Positions 9,768-18,472 of a DNA stretch of 64,000 nt are shown piece by piece (positions within the stretch are counted from its first letter, which is position 1; the number at the start of each line of letters is the position of its first letter). Both the position numbers and the translations under genes were made by a program. The stretch lies in contig OZ241869.1 of NCBI GenBank assembly GCA_965202805.1, forward strand, positions 64,001 through 128,000. The letters are read 5' to 3'. Source of the stretch: Longimicrobiales bacterium. GTDB taxonomy: Bacteria; Gemmatimonadota; Gemmatimonadetes; Longimicrobiales; Gaopeijiaceae. The notes beneath the pieces are model-generated. The model saw only the letters and a program-made list of their open reading frames with translations, made no database searches and was not told the DNA's origin.

Positions 9768-11002
9768 CCGGGTCCGGCCGCGCCCGTCCGGACCACCATG
9801 CCCTCGGTGGCGAACTGGAGACCGGTCAGCACAACCGCCTGTCCGCCCACCAGCGGGCCGGTGACGTAAACGAGCTCGTCGGCGCGCTGCAGGACGCCCA
9901 CCGGGACGATGGTGACCAGTGTGTCCTGGCGGAGCGCCCAGACCTCGTTGCCGGTCCGGAGCGCCGCACGCGGTACGGTGAAGTACTGTTCGGGTGCGGC
10001 TCCTTCGATGCGCACCTCCACGAACTGGCCGACCAGGAGCGGTGGACCGCCCCGGCCGTCGTCGGACGATGCCCCGGCGGCGCCGTCCTCGAGGGTAGTG
10101 GCGCGACCGCCCGCGAACGGGTCGGGTACGCGCACCACCACGTCGATGGTGCGTGTCTGCTCGTCCAGTGCGGCCTCGGCCCGATCCACGTATCCCGACC
10201 ACGCCCAGGCGCGGTCCCCGTACTCCGCGATCACCGTAGCCTGGACGCTGGCATCCCCGTCACCCGCATCCAGCATCCACAGGTCCGGGATGAGCGCCGC
10301 ATCGGCGTCCGACAGCGGAACCACCACCTCCACGGCGTCGTCGGCGTAGAGCCTGCCCACGCCCTGCCCGGCGGCCACGAACTGCCCGACATCCACCACT
10401 TCGGTCCGGACGATGCCGCTGAAGGGGGCGCGCACCTCCGTCCGCGAAAGCGCCAGTTCCGCGTCGGCCAGCGCGGCGCTGTCCCGCGCCAACGCAGCCC
10501 GGGCGGCGGCCAGTTGCGGCTCCCTGAGCGTCAGCGGGCTCGCTTCGCCCGGAGGTGCGCTGCCCCCCCGCCTGCGCAGGAACCCCTCGTACTCGGCGCG
10601 CGCGATGCGGGCCTCCTCCTCGGCCTGCAGGAGAGCGACCAGCTGGGCGGCGACGTTGGCGCTCGCCTGTTGCACGCGGTTCAGGTAGTCCGCGTCGTCG
10701 ATGCGGAAGAGGACCTCGCCCGCGCTCACGCGCCCGCCGCTCTGGAAGGCGGGCGCGACCGAAGCGACCTTGCCGTTGATCTGGGCGGCGACGTCGATCT
10801 CGGCGCGCGGACGCACCGTGCCCGCGCTGTAGACGGGGATGGCGCCGTCCCGGCCCGTGGCGGGCGCGGTCGTGACGAACGGCGCCTGCGAGGTCGGCTC
10901 GCGCAACGGAGGGTCGGGACGCAGGGCGATCATGACGGCTGCCAGGACGACGGCGCCGCCGAGGATGCCTGCGGCGATCAGAAAACTGCGGCGGCGGCTC
11001 AT
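9764..11002 (-). CDS. RND efflux periplasmic adaptor (membrane fusion protein)
   Basis: N-terminal TM anchor, lipoyl/barrel-sandwich-like segments (AGTVRPRAEIDV, RTEVRAPFSG), alpha-hairpin; lies between OMF and permease. Confidence 0.93.
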   Translation of the reverse strand: MSRRRSFLIAAGILGGAVVLAAVMIALRPDPPLREPTSQAPFVTTAPATGRDGAIPVYSAGTVRPRAEIDVAAQINGKVASVAPAFQSGGRVSAGEVLFRIDDADYLNRVQQASANVAAQLVALLQAEEEARIARAEYEGFLRRRGGSAPPGEASPLTLREPQLAAARAALARDSAALADAELALSRTEVRAPFSGIVRTEVVDVGQFVAAGQGVGRLYADDAVEVVVPLSDADAALIPDLWMLDAGDGDASVQATVIAEYGDRAWAWSGYVDRAEAALDEQTRTIDVVVRVPDPFAGGRATTLEDGAAGASSDDGRGGPPLLVGQFVEVRIEGAAPEQYFTVPRAALRTGNEVWALRQDTLVTIVPVGVLQRADELVYVTGPLVGGQAVVLTGLQFATEGMVVRTGAAGPG

Positions 11003-12540
11003 CTGTTTTGCCTCTGGGTTGGCGTGTCGGCCTGTTCTTCGGATTCGGTGGCGGGCACCATGCGCGGGCCTTCGAGTTCCTCGGGCGGAACGGTCCAGTC
11101 ACCGCCGAGCGAGCGGTGTACCGCCAGGCGCGCCAGGGCGAGATCGCGCCGGGCGCCGGCGAGCGTCGACTCGACGTTGAGCAGCCCCCGCACGGCATCC
11201 AGATAGTCGATGTAGCCCCCCACTCCGGCTGCGTAGCGGCGCGACTGCAACTCGACCGAAGCGAGAGCCTCCTCGCGCTGGGATGTGAGGAAGTCGTGGC
11301 GCCGCCCTTCGTTGCCGAGCGCGGCCAGCGCCGCTTCCACCTCGTGCACGGCTGTCACCACGGTGCGGCCGTAGGCGGCGGCCGCCTGGCCGAAGCGGGC
11401 GTGCGCGAGGGCGATGTTGCTGCGGATGCGGCCACCCTGGAAGATCGGCGCGGTGAGGTTGCCGAGCAGGTTGCGGAACCACTGGTCGACGTTGAAGAGC
11501 CCGTCGGTGTCCGCGGCCTGCACTCCGATCGTGCCCGAGAAGGAGAGGGATGGGAGCAGTTCGGCCCGGCGCGCGCCGATGGTGAAGCGGGCCGCGTCGA
11601 GCCGCAGCCCCGCCGAGCGCACGTCCGGCCGCTGGACAAGGAGGTCGGCCGGGACGCCGGCGGAGACGGGATCGCTCGACGGCAGCGGCGCCAGCGAGTC
11701 GGGGAGGATCGCGTCGAGCTTCTCGCGGAAGCCGCCCAGCAGGACGGCCAGGCGCCCTTCGGCATTGACCAGCTGGCTCTCGATCTGGGGCAGCGCGGCC
11801 TGCGTGTTCCGGAGTTCCTGGCGAACCTGGTAGAGCTCGAAGGACGTCACCAGCCCGCGGTCATAGCGGGTCTCGGCGAGCTCCTCCCTTTCCAGGAGAA
11901 CGTCGACGGTCTCCCGGGCGAGGGCCGTGCGCCGGCGCAGGTCGGCGATCTCGAAGTAGGTCGTGATGGTCTCGGACAGCACCCCGATGCGCGCCGCGTG
12001 GTAATCGGACTCCGAAGCCAGATACTCCTGTCCGGCCGCCCTCGAATCGTTGCGGGCGCGTCCCCAGAAGTCGAGCTCGTAGGCGAAGTCGACGCCCAGC
12101 GACCAGGTCTCGATTCCGAGGCGCTCGGGGAACTCGAAGCCGGGAAGGCGGTCGCCCGCGATTTCGCGGAACTGCTGGCCGAAGCCGGCGTTGGACGGGT
12201 TGTCCGTGTCGCTGACGTTTGCGCTGGCCTGGATGGAGGGCAGCAGGGAGGCGCGCGCGATCCCGGCCTGAGCCCGGGCCTGCTGCACCCGGGCCACGGC
12301 TTCGGCCAGGTCGAAGTTGGCGGCCAGCACCGAGTCGATGACGGTGTTGAGCGCCGGATCCTGGTAGGTGGTCCACCACTCCCTGGCCTCGTACGCGCCC
12401 GATTCCTCGCTGCCATCGAAACTGTCGGGAAGCTCGGCGACAGGTTCCGGCACCGATGGCGCCGGCGCGAGAGAGCACCCTGCGGCGAGGAGCAGGGAGG
12501 ACAGCGCCCCGAGAGGCGCAAGCGTCTGCTGAACGTTCAT
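10999..12540 (-). CDS. RND outer membrane factor lipoprotein (NodT/OprM family)
   Basis: Lipobox LAAGC; YELDFWGR, LLVQRPDVRSA, PIFQGGR, SLGGDW. Confidence 0.93.
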   Translation of the reverse strand: MNVQQTLAPLGALSSLLLAAGCSLAPAPSVPEPVAELPDSFDGSEESGAYEAREWWTTYQDPALNTVIDSVLAANFDLAEAVARVQQARAQAGIARASLLPSIQASANVSDTDNPSNAGFGQQFREIAGDRLPGFEFPERLGIETWSLGVDFAYELDFWGRARNDSRAAGQEYLASESDYHAARIGVLSETITTYFEIADLRRRTALARETVDVLLEREELAETRYDRGLVTSFELYQVRQELRNTQAALPQIESQLVNAEGRLAVLLGGFREKLDAILPDSLAPLPSSDPVSAGVPADLLVQRPDVRSAGLRLDAARFTIGARRAELLPSLSFSGTIGVQAADTDGLFNVDQWFRNLLGNLTAPIFQGGRIRSNIALAHARFGQAAAAYGRTVVTAVHEVEAALAALGNEGRRHDFLTSQREEALASVELQSRRYAAGVGGYIDYLDAVRGLLNVESTLAGARRDLALARLAVHRSLGGDWTVPPEELEGPRMVPATESEEQADTPTQRQNR

Positions 12541-12657
12541 GGCCGCGTCACCTGCCTGTCTGCACGGAAGCTGTCCGACGAGATGTCGAAAAGCTGGTCC
12601 GGGGACGGGGTCGGCGCAAGCGGAAATGGGGCGTCAACCCGGGGCTTTGTGAGCCCG

Positions 12658-13011
12658 TCAGGCCGCCCGTGGCTCGATTTCGCGCTCGATCGTGGGCCGG
12701 ATCGTGCGTTCGGCTACATCGAGATCGTAGCGAGTCTGAAGGTGGATCCAGAACTCGGGGGTCGTCCCGAAGTAACGCCCCAGCCGAAGCGCGGTGTCAA
12801 CACTGACGGCGCGCCGGCCCAGGACGATATCGTTTACCCGCGGGCGCGAGATCTTCAGCGCTCGTGCCAGCCCGTACACGCTGAGTCCCATCGGCTGCAG
12901 GAAGTCGTCCCGCAGTATTTCGCCGGGATGTACCGGGGGAAGCCTCTGCCCGGACGCGACATCGGAGAAATCCACTCGTCTGCGATCGATGTCTTCGCGC
13001 CTGATGGTCAT
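12658..13011 (-). CDS. higA: HigA family addiction-module antitoxin (HTH)
   Basis: PPVHPGEILRDDFL...ALRLGRYFGTTPEFWIHLQ signature. Confidence 0.9.
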   Translation of the reverse strand: MTIRREDIDRRRVDFSDVASGQRLPPVHPGEILRDDFLQPMGLSVYGLARALKISRPRVNDIVLGRRAVSVDTALRLGRYFGTTPEFWIHLQTRYDLDVAERTIRPTIEREIEPRAA

Positions 13012-13027
13012 GAGCCGGTGGATCCCT

Positions 13028-13174
13028 TCAATGGTAATCGACGATCTCTACATCCCATGCTTCACTGTCACGCCACCGGAAGCAGATGCGCCATTGCTCG
13101 TTGACACGGATGCTGTGGAGCCCCCTCCGGTCGCCCCGCAGGGCCTCGAGCCGGTTGCCAGTCAAAGGGCCCCC
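13028..13174 (-). pseudogene. higB: 5'-truncated HigB (RelE-like plasmid maintenance killer) toxin
   Basis: Manual translation of the minus strand: GGPLTGNRLEALRGDRRGLHSIRVNEQWRICFRWRDSEAWDVEIVDYH*, the typical HigB C-terminal half; in-frame TGA at 13175-13177 directly upstream and no N-terminal half. Confidence 0.85.
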
Positions 13175-13204
13175 TCAAGCTGACCAGAGGCTCATACGCG
13201 ATCC

Positions 13205-13822
13205 CTACCGCGCGACCGCGAACGGCGCCGTCGCCACCTGGTCGTCCCACCAGATCGTGAACACCCCGCCTTCCTGGGTCATTTCGGTGAACATGATGGT
13301 CAGCTGGTCGGCGGACATCGCGATGGTCGACACGTCCATGGTGGTGCGCATTACGTCGCGGTCCGGGGTGTAGCCGTAGGAGCCCCAGAGCGCATCGGGG
13401 TTCTCCTCGCGGAAATCGTTCTTCACGCCCCAGTTGGCGAAGATGAGCGTCCACTCGTCCTCGGTGAGCTCGGCGAAGATGCTGTATTCGCCGGCGGGAA
13501 GGCGCTCGCCGCCGAACATCAGGTCGGTCTCGGTCATGAAGCGGGTCGACTGGTCGGCCCCGATGCGCCAAACCGGCGCGCCGCGCAGGAACGCCTGGCC
13601 GTACTCGTCTCCCGAGCCGAACAGGTCCCGGCCGCGCAGGATCGGGCGACCGTAGGTCACCACGACCCACGAGCCGTTCTCGTAGCTGCCTTCCGCGTTG
13701 TACGCGCCGCCCACATGGGTGGCGGCCTCTCCGCGGGGGCTCAGCGGCCTGTCCTGAGCCTGAACGGTGGTGGCGAAGGCGAGCGCCAGGGCGAGACAGC
13801 AGAGCGGGCGAAGCATCTTCAT
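13205..13822 (-). CDS. DUF2911 domain secreted protein
   Basis: Signal peptide MKMLRPLCCLALALAF; LSPRG, VTYGRPILRGR, VWRIGADQST, LPAGEYSIFA. Confidence 0.8.
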   Translation of the reverse strand: MKMLRPLCCLALALAFATTVQAQDRPLSPRGEAATHVGGAYNAEGSYENGSWVVVTYGRPILRGRDLFGSGDEYGQAFLRGAPVWRIGADQSTRFMTETDLMFGGERLPAGEYSIFAELTEDEWTLIFANWGVKNDFREENPDALWGSYGYTPDRDVMRTTMDVSTIAMSADQLTIMFTEMTQEGGVFTIWWDDQVATAPFAVAR

Positions 13823-14021
13823 CGATCTCTCCGGGGTTGGGTGAACTCCGAGGTCAAGGGGCAAAACGCGCTCAATCCTAAATGAGCCGGTCGCGTGGAG
13901 AAAGGGGGAGGGCGCTCGGACCTGGAGGTCGTGGGCGAGTTCGACCGCGGCGGGCGCCGCCCTATTGGCATCTCCTGTGCGGAAGACCTGGTCTGGGAAG
14001 TGCGAGGCCCGAGGGTGCCGG

Positions 14022-14058
14022 TTGCGACATCTCATAAAATATCATATCATATGAGATG
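14022..14058 (+). promoter_or_regulatory. Sigma70-like promoter with inverted-repeat operator in front of the PIN toxin gene
   Basis: TTGCGA (14022-27)-N17-TATCAT (14045-50); inverted repeat catctcata (14028-36) / tatgagatg (14050-58) overlapping the ATG at 14056; AT-rich patch. Confidence 0.65.
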
Positions 14059-14499
14059 CGCTTAGTCCTCGACACCAATGTGGTCGTCGCCGCTCTGCGA
14101 AGCCCGTCCGGAGCGTCGGCGGCACTGCTCGAACAGGCGCTGGACCGCCGATTCACCCTGCTGCTCTCGGTACCGCTTGTGCTGGAATACGAAGGAACCT
14201 GCCGTGATCCAGCCCAGCGGATCGCCTCCGGCCTCTCCGAGTCGGAAGTCGGAACGATCATGTCAGCGCTGTGCGCGGTTGCCGAACCGGTGCAGGCGTG
14301 GTTCCTCTGGCGGCCGCAACTGCGCGATCCCGCGGACGAAATGGTACTCGAGACGGCGGTCAACGGAACCGTGGACGCCCTTGTAACCTTCAACAGGCGT
14401 GATTTCGGCGATGCTCCCGGCACCTTCGGGATCGAGGTGCTGTCGCCTCGCCGCGCACTGAGCAGGATCGCCGAGGCGCGGAAAGGGAAATCGAAATGA
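14056..14499 (+). CDS. PIN-domain toxin (putative TA system toxin)
   Basis: LVLDTNVVVAAL, LEYE, LRDPADEMVLE, LVTFNRRDF. Confidence 0.88.
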   Translation: MRLVLDTNVVVAALRSPSGASAALLEQALDRRFTLLLSVPLVLEYEGTCRDPAQRIASGLSESEVGTIMSALCAVAEPVQAWFLWRPQLRDPADEMVLETAVNGTVDALVTFNRRDFGDAPGTFGIEVLSPRRALSRIAEARKGKSK

Positions 14500-14768
14500 C
14501 CGGACGAAAAAAGCAGCCCACCGTCTATCCCCTGCGAATGCCGGCGTCGCTGAAACAGGCCGTCAGGGAAGTGAGCCGCCGGGACGGGACGAGCATCAAC
14601 CAGTTCGTCACCACCGCTGTCGCGGAGAAGCTATCCGCCATGCGGACTGCGGACTTCTTCGCGGAGCATGGTTCCCAGGCGGACATCGACGCCGCGCGGC
14701 GGCTCCTGCGGCGGCGCGGAGGCCAGCCACCGGAACCGCGGGATCAGTTGGACGAGACGAAGGTGTGA
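14496..14768 (+). CDS. Ribbon-helix-helix antitoxin partner of the PIN toxin
   Basis: YPLRMPASLKQAVREVSRRDGTSINQFVTTAVAEKLSA; overlaps the toxin stop (ATGA). Confidence 0.8.
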   Translation: MTGRKKQPTVYPLRMPASLKQAVREVSRRDGTSINQFVTTAVAEKLSAMRTADFFAEHGSQADIDAARRLLRRRGGQPPEPRDQLDETKV

Positions 14769-14785
14769 TGTCCCGCCGCTAACGG

Positions 14786-16255
14786 CTAACGGTCGGTTCC
14801 GCCCGCCGACAGGCGGTAGTCGAGCGGCGGGTCGCGGTCGCCCAGCAGCGGCTCGTAGACCCAGCCCTCGGGAATGCGGTCCGAGTGCTCCGCCTTGGCC
14901 GCCGCCACCAGATCGGGGCGGGTGAACACGTCGATCGCGGTCATGGCCAGCGTCTTGGCCGCCACCACCATCCCCTTGTCGCCGATGGGCGTGCCGCCCG
15001 CCGCGATGGCGTGCCACGAATGCGAGGAGGTGCCGGGCACCCAGGTGGCGGTTCGGACCCCGCCGGTGGGCACCGCCCAGCTCACGTCGGCCACGTCGGT
15101 CGAGCCCCCGGTGCCCGCCTCGGTGACGAAGAAGGGCTGGATCTCCGCCGCCGACTCGATGGGAAGCGCGTCGTCGGGCAGGTGCCTGGCCAGCGCCTCG
15201 GCGAAGCGGCGGTCCTGCTCGCTGTAGTGGACGCCCCCGACCCGCTCGAGGTTGGCGTGCATCGCCTCCTGCAGTTCCACGTTGATGAGCATGTTGTAGA
15301 GGCCGTGGATGACCTCGTACTCCATCCCGGTTCCCGTTCCCTGCGCGGCGCCCTCGGCGGCCTGCACCACCCGCTCGAAGATGGCGTGCACGTTGGCGGG
15401 GTCGGGGTTGCGCACGTAGTAGTAGACCTCGGCGAAATCGGGGACGACGTTGGGGGCCGCACCGCCGTAGGTGATCACGTAGTGGATGCGGGTCTCCTGG
15501 GGGACGTGCTCGCGCAGCAGGTTGACCATGTGGTTCATGGCCTCGACGCCGTCCAGCGCCGACCGGCCGCGCTCGGGGGCCCCGGCGGCATGCGCGGACA
15601 CGCCGGAGAAGCGGAATTTGGCGGACTTGTTGGCCAGGCTGCTCGACGCGCCCGCGGAATTCCGATCCGCGGGATGCCAGTGGAGCATGATGTCCACGTC
15701 GTCGAAGAGGCCCTCGCGCACCATGTAGACCTTGCCCGCGCCGCCTTCCTCGGCGGGCGTCCCGTAGACGCGCACCTCACCGGCCTGGCCGGTCGCCTCC
15801 ATCCACTGGCGCACGGCGATGCCTGCCGCTGCCGAGCCCGTGCCGAACAGGTGGTGACCGCAGGCATGTCCCTGCGGCTTCCCGAAGATGGGGGTGAGTT
15901 CGGGGCTCCGGTCCTGCGTGATGCCGGGGAGCGCGTCGTACTCCGCCAGGATGCCCACCACCGGTCCGTCGCCGTTGCGGTAGCTGGCGACGAAGGCGGT
16001 GGGAATGCCCGCGACTCCCATCTCCACCTCGAAGCCGGCGGACTCCAGCGTACTTGCCAGCAGGGCGGAGCTCTCCGTCTCCAGATAGCCGAGCTCGGCG
16101 AGGTCCCAGATTTCCTGGGCTATGCTCGCATAGGAGCCCGCGTTCTCGTCGATGAAGGCGGCGACCATGTCCTTGCCGTCCTGCGCGTCAACCGGAGCGT
16201 GCGCCAACCCGAGGGCCATTGCCGCGGCGATGATGATGAGGGCACGAGCGTTCAT
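14786..16255 (-). CDS. M20 family amidohydrolase (AbgB-like), signal peptide
   Basis: LAEYDALPG, HACGHH, GTPAEEGG, HWHP, GSTDVADVSW; start placed at MNARAL. Confidence 0.9.
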   Translation of the reverse strand: MNARALIIIAAAMALGLAHAPVDAQDGKDMVAAFIDENAGSYASIAQEIWDLAELGYLETESSALLASTLESAGFEVEMGVAGIPTAFVASYRNGDGPVVGILAEYDALPGITQDRSPELTPIFGKPQGHACGHHLFGTGSAAAGIAVRQWMEATGQAGEVRVYGTPAEEGGAGKVYMVREGLFDDVDIMLHWHPADRNSAGASSSLANKSAKFRFSGVSAHAAGAPERGRSALDGVEAMNHMVNLLREHVPQETRIHYVITYGGAAPNVVPDFAEVYYYVRNPDPANVHAIFERVVQAAEGAAQGTGTGMEYEVIHGLYNMLINVELQEAMHANLERVGGVHYSEQDRRFAEALARHLPDDALPIESAAEIQPFFVTEAGTGGSTDVADVSWAVPTGGVRTATWVPGTSSHSWHAIAAGGTPIGDKGMVVAAKTLAMTAIDVFTRPDLVAAAKAEHSDRIPEGWVYEPLLGDRDPPLDYRLSAGGTDR

Positions 16256-16394
16256 GTCTGCTTCCTGTATGTGAGCCTGTATGGATCCTGTCTTTCCGTC
16301 CCGTATTGCCAGTCGCGCAGAGGGTTCGCGATCCCACTCCGCATACATCCATGGTAGCGAAACAGGGGGACTCCGGCACTCCCGGGGCTTCGCG

Positions 16395-16781
16395 TTATCC
16401 GGACCTGCCCCGGTCGCGCAGGTTCAGCGCCACCGAAAGCCCGAACGCTGCCAGCCCCCAGCCCATCACCACCGCATCGACGAGCCCCGCGTTCCAGTCG
16501 ATGCCCGTGACGGCGTCCAGGTGGTACTTGATCCACGATGCGGGCAGGCCGGTCTCGCCCAGCGCCCGCTTCACATCCCAGTGCCAGTCCGTGAGCGGAC
16601 AGTATCCCCACCCGTACGCCATGCCGGCGCCGAACCAGAACAGCAGCGTCGCGCCGATGGTCAGCAGGTGGAGCCGCCGAGTCCTTCTCCACGCCCATCC
16701 GAGCATGTTGAAGCCCACCAGCGCCGTGTGGAAGGCGACGAACAGCAGGTCGAGAAGCCGATAGAGGGCGGTTTCGGTCAT
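16395..16781 (-). CDS. DUF2784-like membrane protein
   Basis: FHTALVGFNMLGWAW, HLLT, GYCPLTDWHW motif. Confidence 0.75.
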   Translation of the reverse strand: MTETALYRLLDLLFVAFHTALVGFNMLGWAWRRTRRLHLLTIGATLLFWFGAGMAYGWGYCPLTDWHWDVKRALGETGLPASWIKYHLDAVTGIDWNAGLVDAVVMGWGLAAFGLSVALNLRDRGRSG

Positions 16782-17140
16782 GGGCGGCGTGTTATTCCCG
16801 GGTGAAGCGGCGCGAGCAACGGGCGCGGTGAGGGGCGGTTGCGTGTGTCCTTCCCCGGGGACCCGGCATGCGGCCGGCAACGCGCGGACGATCCGAAGAC
16901 AATCCCATAGTACGCCGGGATCAGGCGATCCCGACACCTGGCCGCGCCACCTGCGTAGGCAGGAGCTGCAGGCCGGATATTCCGGCAACATGGCCGCGGC
17001 TCCCGGTCGCCGGGGCTGGACCGGAGCCGTTGATGGCGAGACATTGAATGGCCGCCGGGGCTTCGCACTTCTGGGAGTTTTCAGTTCACCAGGGCCGCGA
17101 CCCCCTGTTTCACGCCCACCCTCACCGCGCAGCATCGCCG

Positions 17141-17710
17141 ATGGAACAGGACTCCATGCAGGGCGCCCGAGACCCGAGAGACATCTCGGTGAACGTCAAC
17201 CTCAGTCTCCCGGACGCGTCGGCGGCCTACGAGCCCGTATACAAGGATGTCCTGGGATACGGACTCTGGTGCCTCTGCCTCGCGGGCGTCTGCGGCGCCC
17301 ATCGCATCTACATGGGCAAGTGGGGAACGGGAATACTCTGGCTATTGACCTTCGGCCTCGCGGGCGTCGGCCAGCTGGTCGACCTGTTCCGCATGAAGGC
17401 GCTGATCCGCGACTCCAACGTGCGCAAGGGCTACATCCCCCACCCCATGCTGGCCGCCCGCGCTGCAACCGGCTCCGCGCCGCCCGCCGCCCTGCCCAAA
17501 CCCGCGGACCTGAAGCTCGTGCTGCTCCAGGCCGCGGAGAAGAAGGGCGGCGAACTCACGGTCACGCAGGGGGTGATGGCCTCCGGGAAGTCCTTCGAAG
17601 AGGTCGAGAAGTGTCTGCGCGACATGGTCGACCAGGGCTACGTGGATGTCGACAACGCCCCCGGCAGCGGCGTCATCGTTTATCGCTTCCCGGAGCTGTC
17701 CGGGAAATAG
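17141..17710 (+). CDS. TM2-domain membrane protein with C-terminal winged-helix-like domain
   Basis: GAHRIYMGKWGTGILWLLTFGLAGVGQLVDLF is a TM2 signature; C-terminus GGELTVTQGVM...GVIVYRFPEL. Start uncertain. Confidence 0.75.
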   Translation: MEQDSMQGARDPRDISVNVNLSLPDASAAYEPVYKDVLGYGLWCLCLAGVCGAHRIYMGKWGTGILWLLTFGLAGVGQLVDLFRMKALIRDSNVRKGYIPHPMLAARAATGSAPPAALPKPADLKLVLLQAAEKKGGELTVTQGVMASGKSFEEVEKCLRDMVDQGYVDVDNAPGSGVIVYRFPELSGK

Positions 17711-17727
17711 CGCCGGCCGGAGGCGCC

Positions 17728-18363
17728 ATGACCGAGCTGCCCAACCTCACGGTACTCGATCACCCGCTGATCGGCGACAAGGTCACCCGCCTGCGCGACC
17801 ACCGCACCGGGCACCGGGAGTTCAGGGGTCTGGTCCGCGAGATCGGCGCCCTCATGGCCTCCGAGGTCCTGCGCGATCTGCCGGCGGAAGAGGTCGAGGT
17901 CGAGACTCCGCTCGAGACCACCACCGGAACCCGGGTGCGCGAGGGCAACGTGGTGCTCGTGCCCATCCTTCGCGCCGGCCTGGGGATGCTCGAGGGCTTC
18001 ACCACAGTGCTGCCGGGCGCGCGCATCGGGCACGTGGGGCTCTACCGCAACGAGGAGACGCTCCAGCCGGTCCGGTACTACTTCAACGTCCCGAAGCCGG
18101 AGAGCCGGTATTTTGTCGTGGTCGACCCCATGCTGGGCACGGGCGGGTCGTCCGCCGCGACGATCACGATGCTGAAGGAACACGGAGCCCGCGACATCCG
18201 CCTCGCGGTGCTGGTGTCGTGTCCGGAAGGGGTAGAGGCCCTGGAGAACGCCCATCCGGACGTGCCGGTCTTCACGGCCGCCATGGACCGGCGCCTCAAC
18301 GAGCACGGCTATATCCTGCCCGGGCTGGGAGACGCCGGAGACCGGATCTTCGGATCGGACTAG
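17728..18363 (+). CDS. upp: Uracil phosphoribosyltransferase
   Basis: GGAGG RBS; HPLI, VPILRAGLGM, VDPMLGTGGS, YILPGLGDAGDRIFG. Confidence 0.97.
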   Translation: MTELPNLTVLDHPLIGDKVTRLRDHRTGHREFRGLVREIGALMASEVLRDLPAEEVEVETPLETTTGTRVREGNVVLVPILRAGLGMLEGFTTVLPGARIGHVGLYRNEETLQPVRYYFNVPKPESRYFVVVDPMLGTGGSSAATITMLKEHGARDIRLAVLVSCPEGVEALENAHPDVPVFTAAMDRRLNEHGYILPGLGDAGDRIFGSD

Positions 18364-18472
18364 ACGCAACCCGCGCTGCCGCGGCTGGAGTTGTCCTGGA
18401 CAGCTCCCCACGCCTGCGGATCCGTGGCCATCTCCCCGTCGCGCGATGGCGCCCGATCGCCTGCGGTCGCCG

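Noticed and set aside
6597..9869. Very long antisense or alternate-frame ORFs (e.g. 6597..9869, 33035..35893, 47041..49680, 59674..63708)
   Set aside because: Shadow ORFs of real high-GC genes, with no recognisable motifs.
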